Counted from the first letter of the stretch, positions 1 to 13,669 are shown. The stretch: DNA of 64,000 bases from Octopus sinensis (GCF_006345805.1 NC_043010.1:54436001-54500000), one strand, 5' to 3'. Translations and numbers: made by a program. The notes: generated by a model not told the origin, from the sequence alone.

Positions 1-754
1 TGGTCGTGAAGGAAAGACAAATTAGGCTTCTCAAAAATAAGACCTCAATCATGTTTATGGACACGAATGTGTCTTTTGAAGCTTTGCAAATCATTTGGTA
101 AATGGAACAAGTTTAGGACTCAGTTTGCTTTAGTGCTTGTGGATCATTTACTGTGCTTCATGTATGTTGTATATGTATACGTATAATATACATTGCACAC
201 ACACGCGTACATACATAATTACACACACACATATGCGTATAAATATATATGTGAGTATGTATACGTGAGTGATTGTGCAAAACGTGTTAGGTTAAGGGAT
301 AGAAATCGTTTATAGAATGATATATTTCGAAGCGCGGTTCTTTATTATTATATATCTAGACATTATTACATACTGAATGTTCACCTCTGAAATAAGATAT
401 TAGTATGAAATAAACACAAAACTGTATTTCTATTTTTATAGGGGACAGTCTTAATATCAACCCTGCAAATGTACTAACGAAATTATACGTTATCTCCAAT
501 TGTAACATTTTCTCTTTGATATATTTTTCTTCTTCCGAAAGTTTGTTTTATTCTCAACAATACTTTACATATAGCATCGATGAAGCTTCGTATGCGTAAA
601 TTATTTATATAGCATGGCGCAAAGTAAAATTCAGTAATAATCAGTCACAGGTAATAAAGGGTTAACACCCTCAGGGTGGTACTTATTATATTTTTTCGAA
701 ATATTATTATATATTGCATTGAAGTAGAAAGATACACACAAACGCGACCACACG

Positions 755-820
755 TCATATATATATATATATATGTATGTATATATGTATGTATGTATTT
801 ATGTATATGTATATGTATCT
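755..820. repeat. (TA)n/(TATG)n microsatellite
   Basis: Direct reading of the tract; explains the YI/IY-rich ORFs at 645-1090. Confidence 0.9.
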
Positions 821-1264
821 GCATATTATCGGGCGAAACAGAACTAGTAAAATATACAGATGAAGAGAAAAGAGTAAAAGAGCGAAAATTATTACTGTAT
901 AAAGACAGTTTGTTATGAATAAATAAATACCTTGGCAGTTTCCCAAGACACACAAGAAAGAAAATAATGGAAAAGAACAAAAGATGAAAAGTAGAAAGTA
1001 ATATACGGAGAATGCAAAGAAAATGTATATGTCAATGAATTTGTAGTCTATCTGAATATAGAATGTATAGCTGTGTAAACAGAGAGTCAATTTTTAACCT
1101 GCTACACCATAATTTCGCTATCAACGCATTAGAAAGTAATTTTTTCGTGAAGAAATTTATAGTTGTAAATAGACTGCAATTATACGTGTTGAACAAGCCA
1201 TTTCGAAACTGCAACACTATATCTACGAAATCCATTTCCTCTTCACCATTTTATATAAATACAT

Positions 1265-1322
1265 AGATATAAATATGTATATGTGCATACCTATGTATAT
1301 GTATACACGCACACACATACCT

Positions 1323-1361
<39 letters not shown>

Positions 1362-1665
1362 TTTATCTCTCTATCTATTTATTTGTCTGTCTATCTATCT
1401 TTCTCTGTCTCTCTATCTGTCTGTCTATGAGTCTGCCTGTCTGTCTCCCCCCTCTCTCTCTATATATATATATATGTTTGGATGTATGTATGTATGTATC
1501 TATCTATCTATCACGTACACGTATATTATACATACGTACAAACATACACACATACATACATCTGTATGTATGTTATATATATATATATGGGTGTGTGTTT
1601 GTGTGTGTGTATGAGTGTGTGTGTGTGTCTGCGCATACCTGTTTATATACGCGTGTGGTTGTGAT
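1265..1665. repeat. Compound microsatellite (TA, CA, TATC, TGTC, TC, TG)
   Basis: Direct reading; explains the ORFs at 1283-1821. Confidence 0.9.
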
Positions 1666-2468
1666 GTGTGTCGTTATTGGTATCTAGAGTCGAGTTTTGT
1701 ATGGACTACCATCATTTATTTGTGTTTCTTTACTTTTCTAATCTTCGATATTTTCTGTTCATTTTACTTTTCTATAGTTTGCTTTTGTTTGTGTTTTACC
1801 GATCTATTTCTTCAACTTTAGAGACTATAAGCCGTTTAGTGGCAACTACTTTTCGCTATTGTCTATGTAATTTTCAAAGTTGAATTTTTTATTCATAACA
1901 ACATTATTTTTCTTTCAAGTAACCGCTATCTGAAATTACCATTTTTTTTTTTTTTATTATTTGTATTCTATTTCTGTCCCTAAGCCCCAATGCTACCTCA
2001 GTTTCAACACATAACTTCATTTCATAGCAAGAACATAAAAATAACATATTTTTACCGTAAGCAAAAGAAGAAAGAAACCGAAAGTGAAACTGAGACGAAT
2101 TATTTCATTGTAGACAGAGCCGACTATCAATAAATGAGTCCCCATCTTGTAAAGTTAAATATCTATACGGCAAATATAACTTCCCAATATTTGAAAATAA
2201 ATGAAAAATATTTTCATTTTTGTAGAATATTCCGCGACCATCCATTGGTTATATATATATATATATATATATATGTTTAAATTTAAAATAATAGGGGTGA
2301 AAGGAAACCTCGTTTGGGATTAATCTATATTTTGTATCTTTTCATTTGTCTTGCTCGCTTACGTTCTGGCGTTTGCTAAATTTACTTGAGAGCATTCCTT
2401 TCTCAGTGGTAATACCATAACGGATCTTCTTCTAGCATAATGGATGTCCTCTTACAGGCCATCCCTCT

Positions 2469-2501
<33 letters not shown>

Positions 2502-2645
2502 GATAAATAGATATAGATATATACATACATATACATATATATATATGCATATATAATGATAATAATATTAGGGAATAAATCCAAATTTACAGGGAAAAAT
2601 TAGATTTATGATTAAATCCAATTTTATAGTATAAATATATTATAT

Positions 2646-2861
2646 TATATTATATTAAATTAGAGATAAAACCACTATTGGGCAAATCAAACAGTGAAAA
2701 ACATAAACCAATACATAAAATTAATTAAAAAATATAAAAGTTAAAAATAAAAAATTATTAAATACTGTTTTAACTTTTATATTTTTAAATTAATTTTATG
2801 TATTGGCTTATGTTTTTCACTGTTTGATTTGCCTAATAGTGGTTTTATCTCTAATTTAATA

Positions 2862-2867
<6 letters not shown>
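2646..2867. repeat. Near-perfect palindrome with about 100-bp arms and a 21-nt spacer
   Basis: Left arm ATATTAAATTAGAGATAAAACCACTATTGGGC...AAAAGTTAAAA (to 2746) is the reverse complement of 2768-2867, with about 3 mismatches; spacer 2747-2767. Confidence 0.92.
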
Positions 2868-3030
<163 letters not shown>

Positions 3031-3287
3031 TATACGACGCCAACAATTTTTTTGGGGTGGTGGTTGAATAACTCAATTACCTCATCGCCGGTCCTCGACT
3101 AGTAATTATTTTGTGAACCCCGAATATTTGAAAGGGAGAGTCGACCACGAGCAATCTAGAACTGAGAACATGGAGACGGACCAAATACAGCTTAGCATTT
3201 CGGCCGCTTGGTAATGATTCTGCCCGATCGCCACCTTAGATAATATATATATTGACGAGTGAATTGCATTGGCCATATTATTCAACG

Positions 3288-3421
3288 GGTACATATTTTA
3301 TCGACCCCGAAATCATGAAATGCATGTTGTCTTCGGATCGATTTTGAACTCTGAATGTAATACCGAAAGAAATACCTCTAATTTGATCGGCGCGCTAATG
3401 ATTCTACTTGCTTACCGCCTT
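3288..3421 (-). mobile_element. SINE family B, degenerate 5' part
   Basis: Reverse complement matches the B head and core (GGCGG..., GTTCAGAGTTCAAA, CGGGGTCGATAAAA) of better copies at 12093 and 55146. Confidence 0.65.
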
Positions 3422-3509
3422 CCACAAACATAATTTTTAAATACATTTGGAATAGATTTAAAATCAGAAATCTAGATACATAAATACAAAATAAGTGTAG
3501 ATAAATTTC

Positions 3510-3861
3510 TCTTTACTCTTTTACGCTTTTACTTGTTTCACTCATTTGACTGCAGCCATGTTGTAGCACCGCCTTTACTTATTCTATCGGTCAGTTTTGC
3601 CGAACCGCTAAGTTACATGGACGTAAACACACCAGCATCGGTTGTCAAGTGATGTTGGGGAACAAACACACATACAAAAAACACACACACATATACATAA
3701 ATACGAGAGGCTTCTTTCAGTTTCCGTCTACCAAATCCACTCATAAGGCATTGGTCGGCCCGAAGCTCTAGTAGAAGACACTTGCCCAGGGTTCCACGCA
3801 GTGGGACTGAACGCGGAATCATGTGGCTGGTAAGCAAGCTACTTACCACACAGCCACTCCT
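3510..3861 (-). mobile_element. SINE family A (tRNA-like head, CORE-like CCTTGGGCAAGT block, internal microsatellite, LINE-like tail), with internal deletion
   Basis: Aligns to the full copy at 25344-25822; lacks the AGTCGAGCAAATCGACC...GTAAGCC segment. Confidence 0.88.
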
Positions 3862-4640
3862 CAATGATGTGTATATGCCTGGCAGTATATCATCTACTCC
3901 CTTCAAAATGTTAGTACGCAATTGTTTGTCTTCGCTATATACTATTAATGAAGGCATATATATCGTGCCTTAATAATTTATTGTTTTATATACTGTCATG
4001 CGAATATTATCTGTTTAAAAGCAGTCTATTATTCAATATGGAAATTCTTCTTTCTTTTCAGACCTTGAGAATCACTGACACAAAGACTTGTATTCCCAAA
4101 ACGATTTAGTAATGTTTATTATCTTCTCGTTTCCATGCTGCTGTACCCAATCATATATTATCAGTGAATGTGATATCAGCTTCATATGTTTGGAGCGATA
4201 CATCGATGAAAACGTGATAAATGTTAATATGTCAGTGCTTGTAATTTGTGTCACAGGTTAATTTACTGCAGCCACCGATCACTAATTATATTTTAATCAA
4301 TCATTACCAATCAAGACTCAATAGACCATTTCGAAATATAATAACCCGTTTGTTTACTAAACATTCACATTTATTCTTGTATAAGCAATAAATACACTCC
4401 TTGGTAAACAACTTAATTAGTTTTGAAAATTATGACCCTTCAAGTGCCACTGCGTAGGGGAATAAATTCGGCGTCCCTGACATATTCTCTTGAGAGCTTG
4501 AAGGTAGTTCTGTATTTAGTAGGCGCCGCCATATATACATTTGTGTACTGTTGTTTATCTCATAGCAGGGCGTTAAAAATGTATTGAAGAGGCTTATTAA
4601 ATAGACCTTTTATTATAGATGTTTTCGATCTAGTTTGGAT

Positions 4641-4701
4641 TCTGAAGAAGGGGAGATAATAAACGAGTGATTCTTTCTTCTATTATCTCCCCTTGTTCAG
4701 A
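4641..4701. other. 61-nt stem-loop (20 bp, one G-G mismatch, 19-nt loop)
   Basis: AAGGGGAGATAATA (4648-4661) pairs perfectly with TATTATCTCCCCTT (4681-4694); TCTGAA (4641-4646) pairs with TTCAGA (4696-4701). Confidence 0.85.
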
Positions 4702-5583
4702 CCGGTCGACGTAACGGAGCATCTTTTGGTAGAAGCTATCGCAGTGTTCATGAGTTATTTCATCGAACTTTTCAGATATCAATTGGTGGGCTCTACTGAA
4801 CGAGTTAGATAAGAAAGATAGGTATTCCCTTACGGCTAATGTAGTTTAACTCTCTTTTTTATCAAGGTTTCAGCACCAATTGAAAAATTCAAATTTGATT
4901 GCAAAGAATTCAAATTTGATGGAAAGAATCCAAATTAGATCGAAAACATCTATAATATTGGTAAGCTTACTTATCAACATAGTTAAGCTGGTATCACCTT
5001 TGGGTTTATGTTGTTGACACTTATTCAATGCTCCGTTGTACACACTAGATGTTGTCCTGAGACTTCCTTGAATGCGCCCCCCCCCATCAGGTAATAAATC
5101 AATCACAACCCGTATTGTTCAAACCACTGGAATAAGTAGCATTTCGCTTCTGTAGAAAGTGGTTGTCTAACCTGAAAACAACTACTTTAAACTCTTTGGG
5201 TGGGCACAATTAATCATTCATTTGTGTAGATAAAGTTTGATTATTTATTCATATTGCTCTCGTCGTGTATTTTGCTATGATTATTTTTCAAGAATTCCAT
5301 GTCGATTATTTATCCGAAACAAAATAAAATTTAATTGTAAAACAGTAATCATATAGTTTCAACACTGTTACTTATTCCGCTCCCCGAAATTATGTTTGCA
5401 CACACGCACACGCACGTACACACACATACACAAATAAGTATACGTGAATATATATATATATATGCGCGCGTGTGTGTGTATACACTCACGCACATCCACA
5501 TGCATACGATAGGTTACCGAATAATTTCTGTCTACCAAGTTCTTATGCAAGATACTAGTGATCACAGAATTATAGGATATGTA

Positions 5584-5985
5584 AGGCCCCGAGTTAGCAG
5601 AAACGTTAGCACCCTGGGCGAAATGCTTAGCCGTATTGCGTCTGCATTTACGTTCTGAGTTCAAAGTCCACCAAGGTCGAATTTGCCTTTCATCCATTCG
5701 GGTCGATTAAATAATACCTGTTACGCACTGAGGTCGATATAATCGACCTTAATCCGTTTTGTCTCTCCTTGTTTGTCCTCTCTGTAGGCAGTAAAGAAAT
5801 AAGAAACGTTAACACACCGGGCGAAAAGCTTACGTTCTGAGTTCAAAGTCCGCCGAGGTCGACTTTGCCTTTCATCATTTCGGGTTCGATAAATTAAGTA
5901 CCAGTAGCGTACTGGTGTCGATCTAATCGACTGGCTCCCTCCCCAAACATTTCGGGCCGTGTGCCTAGAGTAGAAAATGAATTAT
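5584..5985 (+). mobile_element. SINE family B head-to-tail dimer (B1-tail unit followed by B2-tail unit)
   Basis: Unit 1 (5584-5801) ends GTAAAGAAATA; unit 2 (5802-5985) restarts at AGAAACGTTAACAC and ends GTGCCTAGAGTAGAAAATGAATT; B-box-like GTTCAAAGTCC in both. Confidence 0.88.
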
Positions 5986-7440
5986 AGGAGAGGTGGCACT
6001 TAAATACACCGTTGCGGAGCGAGTATGTGCCAATTTGTGGTTAGATCAATAATTTGCTGGTTTAGTTGACATTCGCTGACATTCTTTATTAATTGAATAT
6101 CTACGTAACCGTCAAACATAGTGTCAAGGTTTGCCGGTATTTATATATATGGCAATTATAAAGGGGTAAAAGTTTGAAAGTCAAATGCATTTCCGAGAAA
6201 CAAGTTAGAATATCTTTAAATTACGATTTGGCTGTCAAGTTCTGATATACTTTAAGGGATAATATACATTCCTTGACAGCTTACCACACCAAGCCTTTCA
6301 CAATTTCTAATAATTATATTTGCGAATGAACTGTTGTTCTCGCGTTTACCAAGTGCTGAAATCTTCGAACTGAATTTAATAAAACGAAATAAACTCGTGA
6401 TTTTTGTAATTATATATCGGGACACACGGACAGAAAAAACACTCGCACATACACACATACACACATACAGACAAGCTTATTCGTATGTGTGTATGTGTGT
6501 CTTTGTCCAGGTGTGTTCGCCCCTAATGACATGCATTTCTATATAACTTAGCGTTTTCCTTCCTTGCATTACGATTATCGATTCTTTTGAGGCTTTAACG
6601 TGCTATATACTATGATACCTTATATATCATTATTAACGTTATTAAGATTGTTTTCCTGGGTAATTACCTGCTATATACATAGATTCATATATACATACAC
6701 ATAAATATAAATATATATATAACTACTTGAATTCAATATATTTGGTATACATTGCAAAATATACTGACATTAAGTTCGCAATTATTGATTTATTTTCTTT
6801 ATGCGAACCATTCAGGAGACAGTCCAACTAGAGATTCACTCAAATGAACAGAATCAAACAGATACATAGATCGTGTACCCATATACAAAATTTCTTCTAT
6901 CTCGGTACAAAACTCTAGAGTAAAAACTGGAACATACCTATGGAAATATCATATATCAAATTTGAAGAAAAATATGTAAATATAATTGGTAAATAAATAG
7001 AATCATATCGAAAAAGTCGCAAGTGGATGGAACATGTTCTCGATCTAGATGCGGTTTATCATTTTTAAATAGAAATGATAAATTTTAATAAAAGAGATAA
7101 TTCAAAATAAAGGAAAGATATATGAAGCCAATACTGGAAATATTTGGTAAGCATTTTTCATATGGGTAAAGTTATCTTTAGGTAGAAAGAAAATGGAAGT
7201 AGATGCATGGGTGATAACATATTTTGATAATAAACTTTATAAACAAAGTTTTTGAAAAAAATCCTCTATTGTACGTACCGAGGTTTGTAGGAAGACCTAA
7301 GAATTGAACCGAGATTGGTAAATTAGTAAATTTTACACAATAGTTTAGCATCTCAAGATTTGCTACACATAACAATTATTTTTGCTATTGTATCTTAGGG
7401 AACAAAATCTTTTTGTTCCCCCTTTTTATAAATGCAAGTG

Positions 7441-7515
7441 ACTTCTACTATAGCCTGGGACCTTGTGAGTGGATTTGATAGACGGAATTTGAAAGTAGCC
7501 CGTCGTACATATGTA
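7441..7515 (+). mobile_element. SINE A internal fragment
   Basis: CTTCTACTATAGCC...TTGTGAGTGGATTTGATAGACGGAA...GCCCGTCGTA matches family A. Confidence 0.75.
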
Positions 7516-7539
7516 TATATATTTGTTTTCCAGCCATTG

Positions 7540-7683
7540 TCGTTTTAATGTGTATTTTTTAAATGTGTATTATTTTGTATAGAAATCTTTAGCACAATAT
7601 TAATAATAAAGTCGTTTTAATGTGTATGTTTTGATGTATATTATGTAGTATAGAAATTTTTAATACAGTGTTAATATTAATAT
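7540..7683 (+). repeat. Degenerate tandem duplication with about 72-bp unit
   Basis: GTCGTTTTAATGTGTAT...GTATAGAAAT occurs at about 7540 and about 7611. Confidence 0.6.
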
Positions 7684-7910
7684 ATTAAAATTTATATGAA
7701 TGTATAGATAATATCAATCAGTATTAATTGAATTACTTTATGAAGGTTCCATCTGGAAATTCTGTTTGTGTATGTTTGTCCCCACCCCATGGAGTGACAA
7801 ACGTCGATACTGACGTACTCTTCTGGGCATATGAATACAAGTGCTATTCCTTAAATTGTGCAAAAGTGGGTTTGTATTGAAGAAGCACACAGACACACAC
7901 ACACAAACAT

Positions 7911-8147
7911 ATTCTTTTACTCTTTTATTTGTTTCAGTTATTTGACTGTGGCCATGCTGGAGCACCGTCTTTAGCCGAGCAAATCGCCCCCAGAACTAAT
8001 TCTTTGGAAGCCTAGAACTTGTTCTATCGGTCTCTTTTGCCGAACCGCTAAGTTCCGAGGATGTAAACGAACCAGCATCGGTTGTCAAGCGATGTTGGGG
8101 AGTCAAACACAGATACACAAACATATACATACACACACACACACATA

Positions 8148-8212
<65 letters not shown>

Positions 8213-8372
8213 GACGGGCTTCTTTCAGTTTCCATCTACTAAATCCACTCACAAGGTTTTGGTCGACCCGAGGCTATAGCAGAAGACACTTGCCCAAGGT
8301 GCCACGCAGTGGGACTGAATCCGGAACTATGTGGTTGGTAAGCAAGCTACTTACCACGCAGCCACTCCCGCA
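7911..8372 (-). mobile_element. SINE family A, full length, with internal (TA)n(TG)n tract
   Basis: Head, CORE-like block, microsatellite and tail (CTCCAGCATGGCCACAGTCAAATAACTGAAAC) all present on the minus strand. Confidence 0.92.
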
Positions 8373-8959
8373 TACATTCGTGGACGTATGTTTATATATC
8401 GATCATTGAAAGAAAAGAATGTGGGTCAATGGGTCAGTAATAGAAATCGAAGGGGACCATCAGCAGTTTCAAGCACCAAAGCATAGAAGTTTCCATAAAG
8501 CTAAGAACACACAATATTAAGAAGTGCATATGTTTTTAGTGCTAAGAGGAAAATGTATTTGCGACAAAAATCATTGAATTAGAGTGAATTGCGAGTGTAA
8601 CTTACACTTAGATAATAAAAAATTGAGAAGATGTATTTATAAATATATACGTGCAAGTTAACTGAATTACCACGACATAAAAAAAAGCCCAAACTATAAA
8701 AATTCCAATACGCTAATATCCGGATATAACGATCAAAACCATAATATTAATATGTTATAAATCGATCTATGTAAGCTGAGTATTCGATTAGATATTTATA
8801 TAGAAAATATCATGAATAATAAAGTCCGGAAATAAAAAAACACGTAAAGCAAGTTGTAAAGCGTAAATGATTCAATTATCCGTTCACTGAACAAGACTTT
8901 CTTATTCTCTGCATCTATCTCGTTCAGAGTTGCAACTCGCACTCATTCAGGTACACATA

Positions 8960-9116
8960 CATACACACTCATACACACATACAATATCACGCGTACGTAT
9001 ATACCCGTAGGCATATATATATATATAATATATATATAATATATATATATATATGTATATATACGCGTAGGCATATATATATATATATGTATATATACGC
9101 GTAGGCACACATATAT

Positions 9117-9165
<49 letters not shown>
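8960..9165. repeat. Compound microsatellite with three copies of a (C/G)CGTAGGCA motif spaced by (TA)n
   Basis: Motif at about 9003, 9063 and 9097. Confidence 0.75.
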
Positions 9166-9166
<1 letters not shown>

Positions 9167-9344
9167 GAATGGACTCTCTCGTCGCTAGACGACGTATAAG
9201 GGTTCAACAATTTCTCATCGAACAACCACATAGGTCATTTGTTTATAGTTATCAAATGTTTCTACCCATAACCTCAGCCTCGCTCCCCCCCCCCCCATCA
9301 AATCGACATTACCTGTGGAGGTGCAATGTGTGCCACATGTCACA

Positions 9345-9478
9345 TGACGAAATGATCGCAACGTGAAATGAAGTGCTTTGCTCAAGAACACAACGCAATA
9401 CCCGGGTTGGAATTCGAAACCACGATCTCGCAATCATGAGTGCAACATCTTAACCACTGAGTGTTGAGCCTCCACATA
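9345..9478 (-). mobile_element. SINE family D, 5' half
   Basis: Reverse complement reads TGTGGAGGCTCAACACTCAGTGGTTAAG...GGTTTCGAATTCC...GTGTTCTTGAGCAAAGCACTTCATTTCACG; same head as 20861-21078. Confidence 0.75.
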
Positions 9479-9482
9479 TACA

Positions 9483-9534
<52 letters not shown>

Positions 9535-9549
9535 ATGTGTGTATGTGTG

Positions 9550-9770
9550 TGTGTTTGTGTGTCTGTATTTGCCCCCCCTCCCCACAACATTGCTTGACAA
9601 CCGATGGTGGTGTGTTTACGTCTCCGTAACTTAGCCGTACGGCAAAAGAGTCCAATAGAATAAGTACTAGGCTTACAAAGAATAAGTCCTGGGGTCGATT
9701 TGCTCGACTAAAGGCGGTGTTCCAGCATGGCCGCAGTAAAAATGACTGAAACAAGTAAAAGAATAAAAGA
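9550..9770 (+). mobile_element. SINE family A, 3' half
   Basis: Follows a (TA)n(TG)n tract; ends AAAGGCGGTGTTCCAGCATGGCCGCAG...CTGAAACAAGTAAAAGA. Confidence 0.9.
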
Positions 9771-9915
9771 TTGTAAAAGTATACAGGATTTTCACGCAAA
9801 GATTGACGACTTTTTATGCATCCATTTTTCAGGAATAGCTTGATCTGTAGGTGTACATTCAACGGTTTTGGAGATCTTAAAGATTAAAGTTATAGTTAAG
9901 GAAAATTTATCAGAA

Positions 9916-9957
<42 letters not shown>

Positions 9958-9959
9958 AT

Positions 9960-10148
9960 ATGGACCGTTAGCCACTACACACATTTTTTTTTCTCTCCAT
10001 GTTTCACTCCTTGTTTTTTTCTGTGTCCCTTTCCATAGTAGGCTCGAAACGTAAAAGTCTTTTTCTATTCTTGAGCGTTATACTAATACATCTGTTTGTT
10101 TTATACACCACCTGTCTTCGTCTTTTGTTATTTTTCGTAAACTTTCCC
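9960..10148 (+). mobile_element. Short interspersed repeat, probably a Penelope-like terminal segment (second copy at 38897-39075)
   Basis: Shares TAGCCACTAC, GCTCGAAA and CACCAC.TGTCTTCGTC with the 38.9-kb copy; CGAAACGTA resembles the hammerhead GAAAC-GUH end. The PLE assignment is inference. Confidence 0.5.
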
Positions 10149-10149
10149 T

Positions 10150-10222
10150 ATAGTAGAAGACACCACGAAGTGGGAATGAACCCGGAACCATATGGGTGGT
10201 AAGCAAGCTACTTACCACACGC
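10150..10222 (-). mobile_element. SINE A head fragment
   Basis: GTGGGAATGAACCCGGAACCAT...GGTAAGCAAGCTACTTACCACAC. Confidence 0.75.
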
Positions 10223-11394
10223 CTGTTTAAATTAATAATACATCGAACTTTCTACTGGATGTATTGAGTGCATCTTTCTTTCGTTTGGCCACTCAGGCTG
10301 TAGTCGCATCTCATACTTCGGTGACTTCCATATTCAGTGTTAGTTGACCAGATGAAGAATATCATATTGTGATGTATTAGGAAGTTTTCACTCGCTCAAG
10401 TATTTACATTGAATTTATTCTGTAGCAGTCAATTGCATTTTCTATTTGGTTTCAGAATGTTATCTTGATCATTATGAATCTTATGATATCGACAAAAGCA
10501 AGGGAATAATAAAGCTTCTTTCTAATCTGACTGATCCTTAGATGAGGAGTATGAGATGCGTGATAACCATAATTTAATATTTTCAGATAGATCGGGCAAA
10601 AAAATTGGTGGAATCTTTTCGGTTACACTTCAAATTTTATTATATTTTTTACAACAGGAATATTGAAAAATATTTAAATTTCATGTGATGTCACGGAAAT
10701 ACTGTGGTTAATGTTAACGGTAATTTTCAAGTTCTAATCTGGGATACATTGGTAAATAGTTTTCTTCTTTTATTCCTGTTACTTAGCATTAAAAGGGAAG
10801 CATCACAGTTCTAAAAGGACATGTTAAAAATTCATTTTTGTATGATTTACAAGTAATTTATAAAGAAAAATTCACAACTCCTGCAGCGCTAACATTAAAA
10901 CGCCAGATGCCATTTTCCCTTATGTACAGACTGTTGTTAAAAGATAATGGCTACCTTCTTGCATACATAATGATTCGCTATCGAAATTCACTAACGGAAT
11001 TGCGGTTTCTTGTGGATATTAATCACTTTCCAAGTTAGTATTCAGTAACCAAAGGGTAGTTAATAGGTTTTTGTACCAAACAGGATAAATTTGCATTCAT
11101 GTTTATTATTGGCGGCATAGGCAAACTCTCTGACATAATGCTATTGTTCCATAATGATAAACTGAAAACTTTGAAAAATTGAATGATTTTGTCTCAAAAT
11201 GCTTTGCTAATATTAACTAATTCATATTTATTTAGGTTATAGAGGAAAGCCATTTTGAAGTAGTTGTATTGTCCTTAAAGATAATACAGGTTTTGTGCGT
11301 ATGATAACACGCACAAACTAAACTATCGTCCATATATAAAACTTTTGTTGACTGAAATTTACATATAATATCATGCAGTTAATGGAGTCAATAT

Positions 11395-11419
11395 TATCCT
11401 CATCATCATCATCATCATT

Positions 11420-11466
<47 letters not shown>

Positions 11467-11498
11467 TATTATTATTATTATTACTATTATTATTATTA

Positions 11499-11535
<37 letters not shown>

Positions 11536-11536
11536 G

Positions 11537-11580
<44 letters not shown>
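11395..11580. repeat. (CAT)n followed by (TTA)n microsatellite
   Basis: Direct reading; explains poly-S/L/Y/N/M ORFs. Confidence 0.95.
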
Positions 11581-11581
<1 letters not shown>

Positions 11582-11889
11582 TTCTCTTTGTATATCATGT
11601 TTTTTTTTTCTTTTCTCTTATACACTATGGGTTCAGCAATGAAAATTCCTATACATAAACAGTTTTCGAACTGTAATTCTATTGATTTAAAAGGTTGTGT
11701 ATCTACTTTGAAGTAAATTCATTTATTTAAAAGACCCTTAAAGCGTCTTTGTATAAGAGTACGTGACGAACTGAAAGGTGAAAACTGAATCCGCTTGAAA
11801 TGCTATAAAGTATTAAAGTGAAAATTAACGTTTCATATTGCTTAACACTTTAGAGTAAATGAATTTGCATTTTTCAATATACGTAAATA

Positions 11890-11915
11890 TATCTATATCT
11901 ATCTATCTATTTTAC

Positions 11916-11993
<78 letters not shown>

Positions 11994-12000
11994 GTATGTC
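11890..12000. repeat. (TATC)n microsatellite
   Basis: Direct reading. Confidence 0.95.
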
Positions 12001-12092
12001 ATCACTATATTTATCATCTATATATCTGTCAATCTATCTGTTTATCTATCTATTTACCTAAACCTACCGACCAACCTATATACCTACCTACA

Positions 12093-12324
12093 AGGCGGCG
12101 AGCTTGCAGAAACGTTAGCACGCCGGGCGAAATGCGTAGCCGTATTTAGTCTGCCGTTACGTTCTGAGTTCAAATTCCGCCGAGGTCGACTTTGCCTTTC
12201 ATCTTTTCGGGGTCGATAAATTAAGTACCAGTTACGCACTGGGGTCGATGTAACCGACTTAATTCGTTTGTCTGTTCTTGTTTGTCCCCTCTATGTTTAG
12301 CCCCTTGTGGGTAATAAAGAAATA
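12093..12324 (+). mobile_element. SINE family B1, full length
   Basis: GGCGGCGAGCTTGCAGAAACGTTAGC (A-box-like), GTTCAAATTCC (B-box), core GACTTTGCCTTTCATC..CGGGGTCGATAAATTAAGTACCAG, tail CCCCTTGTGGGTAATAAAGAAATA. Confidence 0.92.
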
Positions 12325-12344
12325 TATATACCTACCTACCTACA

Positions 12345-12377
<33 letters not shown>

Positions 12378-12500
12378 GCATACATACCTGACTCCTTATC
12401 AGCCTGCTAACCTGCTTACGTGCCTGCCTGCCTGCCTGCCTTCCTTCCTGCCCGTCTATCTGCCTACCTGTCTGTCTGTCTGTCTCTCTGTCCATCTATG
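12325..12500. repeat. Tetranucleotide compound microsatellite (TACC, TACA, TGCC, TGTC)
   Basis: Direct reading. Confidence 0.9.
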
Positions 12501-13669
12501 TAGCTAGCTAGAATATGATCAGTAGTATAATCTATGCAAGTGCAATAATGTTTTAGGCCCCCAATAACTATCTCCGCTCTCCCGCCTTTATAAGAGAGGG
12601 ATAGTAGGCTTTTGACTACCGTAGAGAGAGGGTGAGCTTGGCCGGTACTTGCAGCTGATTCACAAATAGCTACATTTTCATTTTAGCTAAAATATACTAC
12701 GAAGATGATCAAGAAGTAAAAATAGTGTATTTCAATTCAGACGGTAACTTGAGGTAACGTCTTGCTCTTTACTATTTGTGGGAGACTGAAACAACATCTT
12801 AGACGCAGGTTATAATTTTATGAGTATAAGTAGCGAGAGTTCTATATCAAGAAAAAAAAGAATTTTTCGTGTGTTCTTTCCTCACTCAAAAACAGGATAG
12901 ATTTCCGATTGGTAGCAAGGCTTTAGGAAAATAATATTCCTTTTAATAATGACAGTGACGGTTGTAAAACAGATGTTGTAGAGGTTATTTTTGCTAGTGG
13001 CTTAAGCTTGACGAAGAAACACATTTCGTAGAATGGTGCACCCTACACCAAAAATGGTAATACCTATACCCTATCCCTTGTGGAACATTCTTCATTCTAT
13101 TATTACTTCTTGTTTCTCCAGCTAATAATCAGTCAAGCCAATAATCGTTAACTAATATTCCCTATCGATTTCGTATTAGACAAGACATTTTTATAGCAAC
13201 CTCAAATTACTATTTATTACATAATAAAGTTTCATTTAGTGATACCGACATTAAATACTTTCTTGTTGGCAGTACCATTACCAACTGTCATTATAATGGA
13301 TGTCGTAGTTGCGTCGCTACTGTTTTTTATAGTTACCCTTAATACCTTAAACGATTAGGTGAGTCTGGTGTGGTGACCGTTTATCTTATTGTCATACCAA
13401 CGGGTTTATTTAATACTTCACATGTCTCCTGCCGTACACACAGGCTTCCTCTCTTGAAGTAATGTTTCAAATCATGTATTTTCATCGGTTTTCATCAAAT
13501 TTGAGGGTATTTTTCGAAACAAATTTCGAAAGAAGGGATCTATAGTTTTCATTTGCTGAAGACGCTACAACAAGGTATAAATATGTGTTTGCATTTCTGG
13601 TCAGTTATGTACTAAAAATTTATCAACATTGAAAACATGTTGCATGATTCATAAGACAAATATATGCTC

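Noticed and set aside
10456-10660. Acceptor-like TTTCAG sites followed by short frames (ECYLDHYESYDIDK..., DRSGKKIGGIF...)
   Set aside because: Frames stop within about 30 codons with no convincing donor or recognisable domain.
11371-11716. Poly-S/L/Y/N/M ORFs
   Set aside because: (CAT)n(TTA)n microsatellite.
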